Source: Anaerolineaceae bacterium (GTDB lineage Bacteria > Chloroflexota > Anaerolineae > Anaerolineales > Anaerolineaceae). Taken from it: a stretch of DNA of 64,000 nt. The stretch lies in contig JBDKSE010000020.1 of assembly GCA_039683035.1 (NCBI GenBank), positions 165,158 to 229,157 on the forward strand, in the 5' to 3' direction. Made by a program: the position numbers and the translations under genes. Numbering within the stretch: the first letter of the stretch is position 1; every line of letters starts with the position of its first letter. This document shows, one piece after another, positions 44,501 through 54,878 of this stretch. The notes beneath the pieces are model-generated. The model saw nothing but the letters and a program-made list of their open reading frames with translations, did not search any database and was not told the origin of the DNA.

Positions 44501-45040
44501 ATGACAGAATCCCTGGATTTTATATTCAAACGCCGCAGCATCCGCAAATTTACCGACCGACCCATTTCTGAGGAAGATCTCACCCTGCTTCTTCAGGCAG
44601 GCATGGCAGCTCCCACTGCCATGAATGTGCGTCCCTGGGAGTTTGTGGTTGTGACCGACAGAGAAATCATCCAACAGCTTCGCGACAGCCTGGTCTTCGG
44701 CAAGCACGATCCGGCTGCGGTGATCGCAGTATGCGGCAACACACGGTTCTCAAACGCAAAGGCGGCGAACCGCTTTTGGGTGCAGGATTGCAGCGCAGCC
44801 ATGGAAAATATCCTGCTTGCGGCAACCGCCCTGGGTTTTGGCTCGGTATGGGTTGGGGTTCACCCGGTGACACTGTTCGTCAAACGCGTGTCTGAGGTGC
44901 TCAACCTGCCCGCTAGCATCACCCCGCTGGGATTGATCTACCTGGGGTATCCGGCCGAGCAAAAAGAACCCCGTACGCAGTATGATGCCCGCAAGGTTCA
45001 CTGGCAGCAATACGGCAAGGGCAATGGGGGCAGCAATTGA
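44501..45040 (+). CDS. Nitroreductase-family protein
   Basis: FKRRSIRKFTDRPISEEDL...AAPTAMNVRPWEF... Confidence 0.85.
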   Translation: MTESLDFIFKRRSIRKFTDRPISEEDLTLLLQAGMAAPTAMNVRPWEFVVVTDREIIQQLRDSLVFGKHDPAAVIAVCGNTRFSNAKAANRFWVQDCSAAMENILLAATALGFGSVWVGVHPVTLFVKRVSEVLNLPASITPLGLIYLGYPAEQKEPRTQYDARKVHWQQYGKGNGGSN

Positions 45041-45519
45041 TGTGTACCGTGGACAAGGAGTCCGGCGTGGAAATTACTTATTCGGAAATGAGAATCTTCG
45101 ATTTCGAAGAAATCCTGGCGCTCTGGCAGCGCTGCGAAGGCATCGGGCTTTCTAAAGCGGATGAGCGCGGTCCAATGGAATTGTTTTTGAATCAAAATCA
45201 GGGGCTTTGTCACGTTGCGAGCATGGATGGCAGGATTGTGGGTACTGTGTTATGCGGTTGCGACGGACGCCGTGGGTATTTGTATCACCTGGCGGTGGAA
45301 GCCGCAGCCAGGCGCAGGGGAATCGGCAGGGCGTTGGTTGACCTCAGCCTGGCTGAACTCTCCCGAAGGGGGATTCAGAAGTGCCACCTGATGGTGTTTG
45401 CGAGCAACCTGGAAGGTCAGGCTTTTTGGTCGCGGATTGGATGGATTCACCGGCCGGAGATCCTGCCCATGTCCATCGATACTGTTGCTGCTTCCAGTTC
45501 AGGGTCATGCCCATGCTGA
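45040..45519 (+). CDS. GNAT-family N-acetyltransferase
   Basis: ATG 45040 overlaps the preceding stop (TGATG). YLYHLAVEAAARRRGIGRALV is the acetyl-CoA-binding motif. Confidence 0.8.
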   Translation: MCTVDKESGVEITYSEMRIFDFEEILALWQRCEGIGLSKADERGPMELFLNQNQGLCHVASMDGRIVGTVLCGCDGRRGYLYHLAVEAAARRRGIGRALVDLSLAELSRRGIQKCHLMVFASNLEGQAFWSRIGWIHRPEILPMSIDTVAASSSGSCPC

Positions 45520-46118
45520 ACGCGTTTTTTCACCGTTTGAAAAGATGGTTGCCACTTCTGATTTTGCTGACAACGCTGGCAGGTCTTCTTTCCGCCTGCG
45601 AGCGGCCTGCCACCATCAGCAGTTGGCAGCCCATCGAAACAGCGCGTGCATTTCGGACCCAGACAGCAGCAGCCACCGGTGCCTTCCCAACTCCTACGGT
45701 GCCGGAAAGCACGACCACTGCAGAACCTCCCCTTCCCACGCCTTCCGCCCTTCCTTCAGTGCTGCCCAAATCTGCAAAAGGCTACGAGCTTTATTCCTGG
45801 CAAAACGGCTCCGATTGGAACTTCACCCTGATCACCGGAACCAACCGTACCAAGTCGTTTGATGAGATCATCGCGCCCGGAAACACGCTTTCCAGCGACG
45901 GCTTTATCAAACTTTCTGTCACCGGTATCGAAGAGATAAAGATTGTGCTTTCGCTGCTGCCTGCGGGTGAGCAGGTTTTTTGGGTGGGCATGGACCTCGC
46001 CGGGCAGGTTCCCAGCGGCACGGTCTATCTCACTTTTCCCGCCCAAAGCGTGATCGACGATCTCTCCCGGTTTTGCGCGAAACGCAAAATTACCCTTCAG
46101 CTCTTAAAAGAACCCTGA
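45513..46118 (+). CDS. Lipoprotein, function unknown
   Basis: MLNAFFHRLKRWLPLLILLTTLAGLLSAC lipobox. The start overlaps the GNAT stop; ATG 45507 is an alternative. Confidence 0.55.
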   Translation: MLNAFFHRLKRWLPLLILLTTLAGLLSACERPATISSWQPIETARAFRTQTAAATGAFPTPTVPESTTTAEPPLPTPSALPSVLPKSAKGYELYSWQNGSDWNFTLITGTNRTKSFDEIIAPGNTLSSDGFIKLSVTGIEEIKIVLSLLPAGEQVFWVGMDLAGQVPSGTVYLTFPAQSVIDDLSRFCAKRKITLQLLKEP

Positions 46119-46127
46119 AAGGACGCC

Positions 46128-47129
46128 ATGATCTCAAGTGACCTTCCCCTGATTGACCTGCACCACCACCTGGACGGCAGCGTGCGGCTTGAAACCATCC
46201 TCGATGTGGGATTGAAATACAACCTGCCGCTGCCCGCCACAACCCTGGAGGGACTGCGCCCGTACGTGCAGGTCTCGGTGCCCAAGCCGGGAGTGATGGC
46301 GTTCATCGAGAAATTCGAATGGATGGTGGGTATCCTGGTGGATTACGATATTTGCCGCAGGGTAGCCTATGAGGTGGTCGAGGATGCCGCTCGAGAAGGC
46401 ATGGATTACGTCGAATTGCGCTACAGCCCCTGGTTCATGGCATCGGCGCATGGGTTGGATCCGCGCGGTGTGATCGAAGCAGTGACTGACGGGCTGCGTT
46501 CGACTGAACGGGCGTTCAACATCAAGGTCAACCAGCTTGGTATTCTCAGCCGGCATTACGGACCTGAAATAGCCTGGAAGGAACTGGACTGCCTGCTCGC
46601 ATTCAAGGATGAGATCACCGGGCTCGACCTGGCAGGGGATGAAGCCAATTTTCCCGGCAGTCTTTTCATGGAGCACTTTACGAAAGCCCGGGATGCCGGC
46701 TGGCACATCACCGTTCACGCGGGTGAATCGGCGGGGGCACAAAGCATCTGGCAGGCGATCGACGGGCTGGGGGCGGAACGCATCGGTCACGCGGTACATG
46801 CACCTGAAGACCCCGCCCTGATGGATGCGCTGCGAGAGCGTGGCTTCGGTATTGAATGCAATCTCACCAGCAATGTGCAGACCAGCACGGTTGCCGATTA
46901 CGCTGCCCACCCGTTGAAGCAGTTCCTGGAACAGGGTTTGCTGGCGACGATCAACACCGATGACCCGGGGATCAGCGCCATTGACCTGCACTACGAGTAC
47001 GAGCAGGCGGCACCGCGTGCCGGTTTGACCCCCGCGATGATCCGCCAGGCGCAGATGAATGCCCTGGAAACCGCTTTTCTATCCCCGGAGGAGAAGAGAA
47101 TCCTGCTGAACAAAAAACAACATCAATGA
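46128..47129 (+). CDS. add: Adenosine deaminase
   Basis: LIDLHHHLDGS, ITVHAGE, IGHA and TINTDDPG metal-binding and catalytic motifs. Confidence 0.9.
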   Translation: MISSDLPLIDLHHHLDGSVRLETILDVGLKYNLPLPATTLEGLRPYVQVSVPKPGVMAFIEKFEWMVGILVDYDICRRVAYEVVEDAAREGMDYVELRYSPWFMASAHGLDPRGVIEAVTDGLRSTERAFNIKVNQLGILSRHYGPEIAWKELDCLLAFKDEITGLDLAGDEANFPGSLFMEHFTKARDAGWHITVHAGESAGAQSIWQAIDGLGAERIGHAVHAPEDPALMDALRERGFGIECNLTSNVQTSTVADYAAHPLKQFLEQGLLATINTDDPGISAIDLHYEYEQAAPRAGLTPAMIRQAQMNALETAFLSPEEKRILLNKKQHQ

Positions 47130-47230
47130 TCGATCCTGTCTGGCGGCGTTCCGGCACCAGACACCCGTCGACGGGAATCGTCAGCACCTCCGCTGTGCTA
47201 TAATGCAAAAAGATTCATACAAATTACAAT

Positions 47231-48178
47231 ATGAAATTTCTTATAACCGGTGCAGCAGGTTTCCTCGGATCAGCTCTCGCCAACAGACTGGCGGGAGAGG
47301 GGCATGCCGTGGTGGGCCTGGACGATTGCTCCACGGGCGACCCGCGGTCGCTGGATGCCAGCGTCAAATTCGTCCGCGGAGACGTAAATGACCGTCCCAG
47401 GCTGTGGACGCTGCTGCAGGATGTGGATTGTGTGTATCACCTTGCGGCGAGGGTAATCGTGCCGGAATCGGTGCTTTACCCCCGTGAATACAATCAGGTG
47501 AACGTCAGCGGCACAGTAACGCTCATGGAAGCCATGCGCGATGTGGGCGTCCACCGCGTGGTGTTCATCTCCTCGGGTGCTGTTTACGGCAATCAGGAGC
47601 AGCAGCCGGTTCGAGAAGACGCCATCCCCGATCCCCGTTCGCCTTATGCAGTGTCCAAACTCGCCGCAGAGTACTACGTCAAGACTATTGGCTCGTTGTG
47701 GAACATCGAAACGGTGTGCCTGCGGGTGTTCAATGCGTATGGTCCCGGTCAGCGCCTGCCGCCGGTGCATTCCCCGGTCATCCCCAGCTTCCTAAGGCAG
47801 GCCTGGGAAAATGGCACCATCGTCATTCACGGCAACGGCTCGCAAACCCGCGATTTTGTCTACCTCGAAGATGTCATCAATGCCATGCAGGCGGCAGCCA
47901 CCGCTCCCGGCATCGACCGCATGACCATTAATATTGCTAGCGGCACCGAGATCAGCATGCGCGAACTGGCGCGCCTGACCGTCGAGGTGACCGGAGGACA
48001 CCCGGAGATCATCTACAATCCGCGCAATGCTGGCGGGCTGGCGCGCCTGTGCGGAGATATCACCCTGGCGCGTGAGAAATTGGGATACCAACCCCGAACA
48101 GGATTACCCGAAGGGTTGAAGCTGACCATGGAGTACGAACTCAATCCCAGGGCGCTTGATCAAAAAGAAGAAGTCTAG
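47231..48178 (+). CDS. NAD-dependent sugar epimerase/dehydratase (extended SDR, GalE-like)
   Basis: ITGAAGFLGS Rossmann motif and the catalytic YAVSK. Confidence 0.85.
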   Translation: MKFLITGAAGFLGSALANRLAGEGHAVVGLDDCSTGDPRSLDASVKFVRGDVNDRPRLWTLLQDVDCVYHLAARVIVPESVLYPREYNQVNVSGTVTLMEAMRDVGVHRVVFISSGAVYGNQEQQPVREDAIPDPRSPYAVSKLAAEYYVKTIGSLWNIETVCLRVFNAYGPGQRLPPVHSPVIPSFLRQAWENGTIVIHGNGSQTRDFVYLEDVINAMQAAATAPGIDRMTINIASGTEISMRELARLTVEVTGGHPEIIYNPRNAGGLARLCGDITLAREKLGYQPRTGLPEGLKLTMEYELNPRALDQKEEV

Positions 48179-48242
48179 GCAGAATCCTGGTCACCCATCC
48201 AATCCGGCGAGAGCCGGATTTCCATTTATGTATAATAGCGGT

Positions 48243-48821
48243 ATGAATGTCCTACCCTGTGATTTCTATCTTCCGTCCGCTCCCGATGTGGCGCGGAATT
48301 TGTTGGGAATGATCCTGGTGCGGGAGATCGGCGGGCAGCGCGTTTCAGGCAGGATCATCGAAGCCGAAGCATACAATGGAGAAGCTGACCTGGCCTGTCA
48401 TGCCCGCAGCGGAAAGACCGACCGAAATGCGGTAATGTACGGTCCGCCGGGCAGAGCATACGTGTATTTCACTTACGGCATGCACTGGTGTCTGAACGCT
48501 GTTACCGGCGCAGAAGGCAGTCCGGCAGCCGTGCTCATCCGTGCGCTCCAGCCTTTGGAAGGGTTGGAGATCATCGCCAGGAACCGGCCGGGAGTGGCGG
48601 AAAAGGACTGGACGAATGGACCCGCAAAGCTGTGCCGGGCATTGGAAATTGACAGGGCAATGTACGGTGCGGTGATGTGTTCCGACGCATCCTCCTTGCG
48701 CATCGAACCCGGCGAACCCGTTTCAGATGCGCAGGTGATCGTTTCTCCGCGTGTGGGCATTCAGTATGCACCGGAACCCTGGCTCAGCATGCCCTGGCGG
48801 TTTCGCACCTTGCCGGAATGA
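48243..48821 (+). CDS. DNA-3-methyladenine glycosylase (AAG/Mpg family)
   Basis: FYLPSAPDVARNLLGMILV...GRIIEAEAY...D.ACHA..G.T.RN..M.GPPG.AYVY..YG pattern. ATG 48228 is an alternative start. Confidence 0.8.
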   Translation: MNVLPCDFYLPSAPDVARNLLGMILVREIGGQRVSGRIIEAEAYNGEADLACHARSGKTDRNAVMYGPPGRAYVYFTYGMHWCLNAVTGAEGSPAAVLIRALQPLEGLEIIARNRPGVAEKDWTNGPAKLCRALEIDRAMYGAVMCSDASSLRIEPGEPVSDAQVIVSPRVGIQYAPEPWLSMPWRFRTLPE

Positions 48822-48896
48822 ACCTACTTTGACTACGGACGCCGGTTTCTCCCATATCAGCAAAATCGCGGACGAGAAAGATGGTATAAACAAATC

Positions 48897-49577
48897 ATGA
48901 ACAATCCCACCGAAATTTCCAATTCACGCCAGTCGGTGATCATTTACGGAGGAGGCGGTCACGCCAAATCTGTGATCGATCTGATCCATGCGGAAGGCAA
49001 GTGGTCGATTGCGGGCATTGTGGATGACAGGCTTGACCCCGGGAGTGCCATTTTGGGAGTGCCTGTACTCGGTGGAGCATCCATTCTTCGCTCCCTGCAT
49101 GAGCGTGGAATTCAGCACGCGGTAAACGCGGTTGGCGGAATTGGGGATCCTGCCTCGCGGGCGTCAGTGTTTGAGCGCCTGCGCAGCGAGGGATTCGCTC
49201 TTCCCACCGTTGTACATCCTCACGCATTCATCGAACCCAGTGCCAGGGTGGCAGACGGCTGCCATCTGCTTTACGGCGTCTATGTGGGCAGTGATTCGCG
49301 TATTGGCTTTGGCTGCCTGCTCAACAGCGGGGTGATCCTTTCGCATGATTGTGTGCTCGGAGACTACGTCAATCTCTCTCCGGGCGCCATTCTGGCGGGC
49401 GCAGTCACCATTGGCGACCGGGCTCAGGTGGGTATGGGGGTCACCATCAACCTTGGGCTGCATATCGATGCGGGTGCCCGGCTGGGCAACAGTGCGGTGA
49501 TCAAAGCAGACGTTCCCGAAAATGCCGTAGTGCACGCCGGCGAGATCTGGCCGCATCCCGTGCACCTGCACGAATAA
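48897..49577 (+). CDS. NeuD/PglD-family sugar N/O-acyltransferase (left-handed beta-helix)
   Basis: VIIYGGGGHAKSVIDLI N-terminal Rossmann-like part, followed by hexapeptide repeats. Confidence 0.8.
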   Translation: MNNPTEISNSRQSVIIYGGGGHAKSVIDLIHAEGKWSIAGIVDDRLDPGSAILGVPVLGGASILRSLHERGIQHAVNAVGGIGDPASRASVFERLRSEGFALPTVVHPHAFIEPSARVADGCHLLYGVYVGSDSRIGFGCLLNSGVILSHDCVLGDYVNLSPGAILAGAVTIGDRAQVGMGVTINLGLHIDAGARLGNSAVIKADVPENAVVHAGEIWPHPVHLHE

Positions 49578-49602
49578 ATTCTCCCATCAAACGGCAGGAC
49601 TC

Positions 49603-50916
49603 ATGGCGCCAAAGACCAAACCATCCTCTACTCCTGAAACGCGGGATTCACAGACGCTCAAAGACGCCCGGGCGGTGCTGCGGGGAAAAAGCAAGAAGGG
49701 CAAGTTAGCCAGTCTGTTGCCTTTCCTGGGACCGGCATTTATCGCCAGCGTGGCGTATGTCGATCCGGGCAACTTTGCCACGAACATCGCAGGAGGCGCC
49801 CAGTTCGGGTATACCCTTCTCTGGGTGATCGTCGCCAGCAACCTGATGGCCATACTCATCCAATCGCTCTCAGCCAAACTGGGCATCGCCAGCGGCATGA
49901 ACCTGGCAGAGCAATGCCGGGCGCACTTCAAACCCTGGTTTGTGAAATTCCTGTGGGTGCTGATGGAACTGGTGGCCATGGCGACCGACCTGGCGGAATT
50001 CCTGGGGGCGGCCATTGGATTCAACCTTCTGCTGGGCATTCCCTTGTGGGTGGCGGGTATTTTGACAGGGATCACCACCTTTATCATCCTGGGTTTGGAA
50101 CGCAAGGGGTTCCGTCCGTTGGAAGCAGTGATCTCGGCGATGGTCGGGGTGGTGGCGATCAGTTATGTAGTGGAAACCATCATTGTCAAGCCGAACTGGG
50201 GGGATGTGCTGTATCATGCTGTTGTCCCATCCTTTAGTGGATCGGAAAGCGTACTGCTGGCAGCAGGTATCCTGGGTGCGACAGTGATGCCGCACGCCAT
50301 TTACCTGCACAGCGCTTTGATGCAGGGCAGGGTGGTGGTCAAGAAGCCGAAGGAGATGAGGCGGCTCTTTCATTTCGAACAGATCGATATCCTCATCGCC
50401 ATGGGCATGGCAAGCCTGATCAACGGCGCCATGCTGGTGATGGCAGCATCCACTTTCCACGCCCAGGGAATGACGCATATCGGTACGCTCGAGCAGGCAT
50501 TCATCACCCTTCAACCGTTGATGGGCAAGGCATCGCAGTACGTCTTTGGTATTTCGCTTCTGGCTTCCGGGCTATCCAGCGCTTCGGTGGGTACCATGGC
50601 GGGGCAGGTGATCATGGCGGGTTTCCTGCACTGGGAGATCCCGGTATGGATCCGGCGCATGGTGACGATGGTGCCGTCGATGATCGTGATCGCGGTTGGC
50701 CTGGATCCCACCCGGACGCTGGTGATCAGCCAGGTACTTTTAAGTTTTGGACTGCCTTTTGCGGTGATCCCGCTGGTCATGTTCACCAGCAAGAAAGAGA
50801 TCATGGGGGTGCTCGTGAACCGCAAGTTCACCACATACCTGGCGTGGGGAGTAACGCTGGTCATATTGGTGTTGAACCTATATCTTCTCTACTCCACTTT
50901 CTTCGGAGGTCGATAA
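49603..50916 (+). CDS. mntH: Nramp-family divalent metal (Mn2+/Fe2+) transporter
   Basis: LGPAFIASVAYVDPGNFATNI and GATVMPHAIYLHS are Nramp signatures. Confidence 0.9.
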   Translation: MAPKTKPSSTPETRDSQTLKDARAVLRGKSKKGKLASLLPFLGPAFIASVAYVDPGNFATNIAGGAQFGYTLLWVIVASNLMAILIQSLSAKLGIASGMNLAEQCRAHFKPWFVKFLWVLMELVAMATDLAEFLGAAIGFNLLLGIPLWVAGILTGITTFIILGLERKGFRPLEAVISAMVGVVAISYVVETIIVKPNWGDVLYHAVVPSFSGSESVLLAAGILGATVMPHAIYLHSALMQGRVVVKKPKEMRRLFHFEQIDILIAMGMASLINGAMLVMAASTFHAQGMTHIGTLEQAFITLQPLMGKASQYVFGISLLASGLSSASVGTMAGQVIMAGFLHWEIPVWIRRMVTMVPSMIVIAVGLDPTRTLVISQVLLSFGLPFAVIPLVMFTSKKEIMGVLVNRKFTTYLAWGVTLVILVLNLYLLYSTFFGGR

Positions 50917-51821
50917 TGTTCAAACATCTCCTCGTCCCATTGGACGGTTCAGTTTTAGCGGAAGCTGCGCTGCCGCTGGCGGTGGAACTCAGTCAGAAGC
51001 TGGGTGCAGAAGTGACCCTGCTGCATGTGATTGAAAAGAATGCTCCGCAGGAAGTGCACGGTCAACGGCACCTGACACATGAGGAAGATGCGAGGGCGTA
51101 TCTTGAGAACGTGGCGGCATCCAAATTTGCTCCAGGGACCAAAATCAGCTTCCACGTTCATACCGACGAGGTCAGCCGGGTGGCAGCCAGTATTGTTGAG
51201 CATAGCGGAGAATTTGCCCCCGACCTGATCATCCTCAGCGCACACGGTGAAGGCGGGATCCATGATTTCATGGTCGGAAGCATCCCCCAGCAGGTGATTG
51301 CCGGTGCGCCCATCCCTGTGCTGCTCTTGCAGCCGCAGGAAAACGAGGTCATGGAACCGCATGAGATCAGGAAGGTGGTTTCAGCGTTGGACGGCAAAGC
51401 GGATCACGACGCCAGCCTCGATGTCGCTGCCGCGCTTTCCAAAGCACTGGGAGCAGATCTTCACCTGGTTCGGGTGGTGCCGACGCTCGCAACCCTCAAA
51501 GCCCGGGAGGCGGCTTCAGGTACGCTGCTGCCCGCCACCACCAGTGCCATTCTCGAGATCGAGGAGGAGAGCGCGGTGGATTACCTGGATGAAAAACTGA
51601 ACCTGTTGAAAACCATGGGGATCCTTGCCAGTGCTGAAGTGGAGCGCGGCGACCCTGCCCAGGAAGTAGTAAAATCAGCCACAAACCAAAAAGCTGACAT
51701 GATCGTATTGGGAACGCATGGAAAGAAGGGAATGGATGCCCTTTGGGCGGGCAGTGTTGCGCCGCTGATCGTAAACCGCACCCATTTACCCATCCTGCTT
51801 GTCCCGGTTCGGAGGGATTGA
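50916..51821 (+). CDS. Tandem universal stress protein (two UspA domains)
   Basis: ATG 50916 overlaps the mntH stop (TAATG), with GGAGG upstream. MFKHLLVPLDGS...; two G.HG..G... ATP-binding-type motifs (SAHGEGG, GTHGKKG). Confidence 0.85.
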   Translation: MFKHLLVPLDGSVLAEAALPLAVELSQKLGAEVTLLHVIEKNAPQEVHGQRHLTHEEDARAYLENVAASKFAPGTKISFHVHTDEVSRVAASIVEHSGEFAPDLIILSAHGEGGIHDFMVGSIPQQVIAGAPIPVLLLQPQENEVMEPHEIRKVVSALDGKADHDASLDVAAALSKALGADLHLVRVVPTLATLKAREAASGTLLPATTSAILEIEEESAVDYLDEKLNLLKTMGILASAEVERGDPAQEVVKSATNQKADMIVLGTHGKKGMDALWAGSVAPLIVNRTHLPILLVPVRRD

Positions 51822-52339
51822 TGTTCAAAAAACCTGCCACACCTGCACCGTCGGTTAACAACGCCCCCATTGAACGGGTGACATCAGTGCTTGGACCCGG
51901 CATCCTTTGGACGGGCAACCTGGGCGGCAAGGGCGGCATCCGCATTGAAGGCACTTTTGAAGGGGAGATCAATATCCGCGGGTTGGTGGTGGTGGGAGAG
52001 ACCGGAAAAGTCACCTGCAAGAATTTGCGCGCCAATACCGTGGTGATTGCCGGATCTCTCAAGGGCAATGTGACATCCGAGAAACTCGAGATCCGTTCCA
52101 CCGGCAGGGTTTGGGGGGATGTGGTCACCATTGCCTTTTCCACCGAGGAAGGAGCTTTCCTGCGCGGACAGGTGCGTATGGAAGAGAAAGTGGAACTCGA
52201 ATCACCTTTGGAAAAAGAAACTCCTGGGGTTGATTTGGGGCAGGACTTATCCACCCCGGGGGGAGAGCCGCTCAATCCGCTGCCTGATCTCAAGGACAAG
52301 GGCAGAAAAGTAGCCCGAGAGGAAGACCGTGGATCTTAA
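51821..52339 (+). CDS. Bactofilin (polymer-forming cytoskeletal protein)
   Basis: ATG 51821 overlaps the usp stop. Repetitive beta-helix pattern IEGTFEGEINIRGLVVVGETGKVTCKNLRANTVVIAGSLKGNV. Confidence 0.8.
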   Translation: MFKKPATPAPSVNNAPIERVTSVLGPGILWTGNLGGKGGIRIEGTFEGEINIRGLVVVGETGKVTCKNLRANTVVIAGSLKGNVTSEKLEIRSTGRVWGDVVTIAFSTEEGAFLRGQVRMEEKVELESPLEKETPGVDLGQDLSTPGGEPLNPLPDLKDKGRKVAREEDRGS

Positions 52340-53078
52340 ATTCTGGTTGGGATACCTGAGTGAGTGGCTGGGTGCGATCGCTGTGGTGATGATCGCAGGA
52401 ATCAGCCCGTTGTTAAAGAAGGTCCGCGCGTTGGGCTTTCGCTACCCCAATCGCGAGGCGACCTATGCTTTGTCGATGTTTGCGGTGGTCTATATCATCG
52501 CGTTTCAGTACTTTTCGGGGGAGCTGCTGCGCTTTCTGCGAGAGTTTGCCGCTGTATTTCCCGGCGGCGAAGTTGCCCAGCGCATGCTGCTGGCTGTGAT
52601 AGCGCTGATTCCATTCGTTGCCGCAGTGGCATTCCGAGGTCAACCTTTGCGCAGCATGGGGTGGCAAAAGGAAAATCTACGCGGCGGGTTGATCGTGGGA
52701 TTGCTGCTGATGGTGGTGGTATTGTTCCTGCGCGGCAAATTCGGTCCGCTGCTCAAAGGCGTCTCTCCGGAGCAGGCGGGGCTTCTGCCGGTATGGCTGA
52801 TTTATGCTTTCGCCGAGGAAACCATTTTTCGCGGGTACATTCAACTCCGGCTGGATGCCTTTTTGGGACAGAAATGGGGCTGGCTGGCTGCGGCAGGGTT
52901 ATTTCTGCTCTGGCAGTTGCCCGGCCGATTGTGGCTCTTTCCTGCCGCACAGATCTGGCAGCCGATCGTCATTGCAGCCGTCCAGGGTCTGCTTTGCGGT
53001 TGGGTCATGAAAAAGACCAACCATGTAGCTGCCTCTGCGCTTTACCGTGCATTTGCCGGCTGGCTTCTCGTGATTTAG
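52329..53078 (+). CDS. CPBP-family (CAAX-protease-like) intramembrane glutamic endopeptidase
   Basis: FAEETIFRGY motif and multiple TM segments. GTG start at 52329 overlaps the bactofilin gene by 11 nt. Confidence 0.7.
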   Translation: MDLKFWLGYLSEWLGAIAVVMIAGISPLLKKVRALGFRYPNREATYALSMFAVVYIIAFQYFSGELLRFLREFAAVFPGGEVAQRMLLAVIALIPFVAAVAFRGQPLRSMGWQKENLRGGLIVGLLLMVVVLFLRGKFGPLLKGVSPEQAGLLPVWLIYAFAEETIFRGYIQLRLDAFLGQKWGWLAAAGLFLLWQLPGRLWLFPAAQIWQPIVIAAVQGLLCGWVMKKTNHVAASALYRAFAGWLLVI

Positions 53079-53105
53079 CAATTCAAACCATTCCGGAGTA
53101 AGAAT

Positions 53106-54875
53106 ATGCGCCTTTCGCGGTTGTTCAGTCAAACTCTGCGTGAAGCACCCGCAGATAGCGAGGTTGCCAGTCACCAGTTGCTGGTGCGGGCGGGGTTTAT
53201 CCGCCAACTGGGGGCTGGAATTTTCACGTCGCTTCCCCTGGCGCAGAAATCGATCCAGAAGATCACTGCCATCATGCGCGAGGAGATCAACGCCATCGGC
53301 GGGCAGGAAATCAGCATGCCTGTCGTCCAGCCTGCCGACGTGTGGAAGGAGACCGGACGCTGGTACCAGATCGGCAGCGAAATGGGGCGCTTCGTCGACC
53401 GCGCCGGACACGATATGGTGCTGGCGATGACCCACGAAGAGGTGGTCGCTGATCTGGTGCGCGGCATTGTGCGCAGCTACCGTCAACTGCCCGCTTTGAT
53501 CTATCACATTCAGACCAAGTGGCGCGATGATCCCCGTCCGCGCGCGGGATTGATCCGTGTGCGCGAGTTCACCATGCTCGACAGCTACAGCCTCGACCGC
53601 GACAATGCCGGATTGGATGCCCAATACCAGGCGCACTTTGATGCCTATTTTCGCATCTATCAGCGCTGCGGATTGCCCGTGGTGGCGGTACAGTCGGATA
53701 CGGGCATGATGGGCGGCAAGATGGCGCACGAATATATGTACCTCACCCCCATTGGTGAAGACAGCCTGCTCTTTTGCAGTAATTGCGGCTACAGCGCCAA
53801 CCGCCAGGTTGCCAGGACGCGAAAACCTGTTACCACAGTCGAATCCATGCTGCCGGTGGAAAAGGTTCCCACACCCCATGCCAGCACCATCGATGAGCTG
53901 GCGGCTTTCCTGAGCATCCCCGCTTCCCGGACAGCCAAGGCCGTATTTCTGATGGCGACCATTGAAAATGACCGGGGGGAAGAAGAGAATTCCCTGGTTT
54001 TTGCCGTTGTGCGCGGCGATTTTGAGGTCAACGAGACCAAGCTGGCAAATCTGCTTCACGCCAAAGAGCTGCGCCCGGCGGTCGAGGAGGAAATCCGCGC
54101 CGTGGGTGCGGTTCCCGGATATGCTTCCCCGGTTGGGTTGAACGGAGTGAGGGTGATCGTGGACGAATTGGTACCCCTCAGCGCCAACCTGGTGGCGGGA
54201 GCGAACGAGGAAGGCTTCCACCTGCGAAACGTGAATTTTAGGCGCGACTTCACCGCTGAAACTGTTTCGGATATCACCTCGGCGAATGAGGGCGATGCCT
54301 GCCCCAATTGCGGACACCCCATGCGGTTGAGCCGCGGCGTGGAAGTGGGAAACATCTTCAAGCTGGGCACCCGTTATTCCGACGCGCTCGGCTGCACCTA
54401 CCTGGACGAGAACGGTTCCAGCCTGCCGGTGGTGATGGGTTCTTACGGCATTGGCGTGGGTCGTCTGCTGGCCTGCGTTGCCGAGGAGCATCACGATGAA
54501 CGCGGCTTGATCTGGCCGGTGAGCATCGCGCCGTACCCGGTGCACCTGGTGATGCTGCAGGGCAGGACGACGGATCTTGCCCCTGTCATGCAAACTCTCG
54601 AAACTGAACTCAATGACCGAGGACTCGAACCGCTGGTGGATGATCGCGCGGAATCCGCCGGGGTGAAATTCAACGACGCAGACCTGATTGGACTGCCGCT
54701 GCGGATCGCGCTCAGCGAGCGGGCGCTCAAGCAGGGGGGCGTGGAATTCAAACTTCGCGGCGGCGGAGATTCCTTCATTGTTCCGCTGGAACAGGCGGCA
54801 GAACGTGCAGGTCAGATCCTCAGGGAGCTTGAAACCCTGGACCCGCAGACACCAACAATCAAAGGTACAATCTAA
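53106..54875 (+). CDS. proS: Proline--tRNA ligase (bacterial type with editing insertion)
   Basis: MRLSRLFSQTLREAPADSEVASHQLLVRAGFIRQLGAGIF, class II motifs and a 589-aa length. Confidence 0.95.
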   Translation: MRLSRLFSQTLREAPADSEVASHQLLVRAGFIRQLGAGIFTSLPLAQKSIQKITAIMREEINAIGGQEISMPVVQPADVWKETGRWYQIGSEMGRFVDRAGHDMVLAMTHEEVVADLVRGIVRSYRQLPALIYHIQTKWRDDPRPRAGLIRVREFTMLDSYSLDRDNAGLDAQYQAHFDAYFRIYQRCGLPVVAVQSDTGMMGGKMAHEYMYLTPIGEDSLLFCSNCGYSANRQVARTRKPVTTVESMLPVEKVPTPHASTIDELAAFLSIPASRTAKAVFLMATIENDRGEEENSLVFAVVRGDFEVNETKLANLLHAKELRPAVEEEIRAVGAVPGYASPVGLNGVRVIVDELVPLSANLVAGANEEGFHLRNVNFRRDFTAETVSDITSANEGDACPNCGHPMRLSRGVEVGNIFKLGTRYSDALGCTYLDENGSSLPVVMGSYGIGVGRLLACVAEEHHDERGLIWPVSIAPYPVHLVMLQGRTTDLAPVMQTLETELNDRGLEPLVDDRAESAGVKFNDADLIGLPLRIALSERALKQGGVEFKLRGGGDSFIVPLEQAAERAGQILRELETLDPQTPTIKGTI

Positions 54876-54878
54876 TTT

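Noticed and set aside
46134-46991. 285-aa minus-strand ORF over the adenosine deaminase gene
   Set aside because: It is antisense to add, whose metal-binding motifs are unambiguous.
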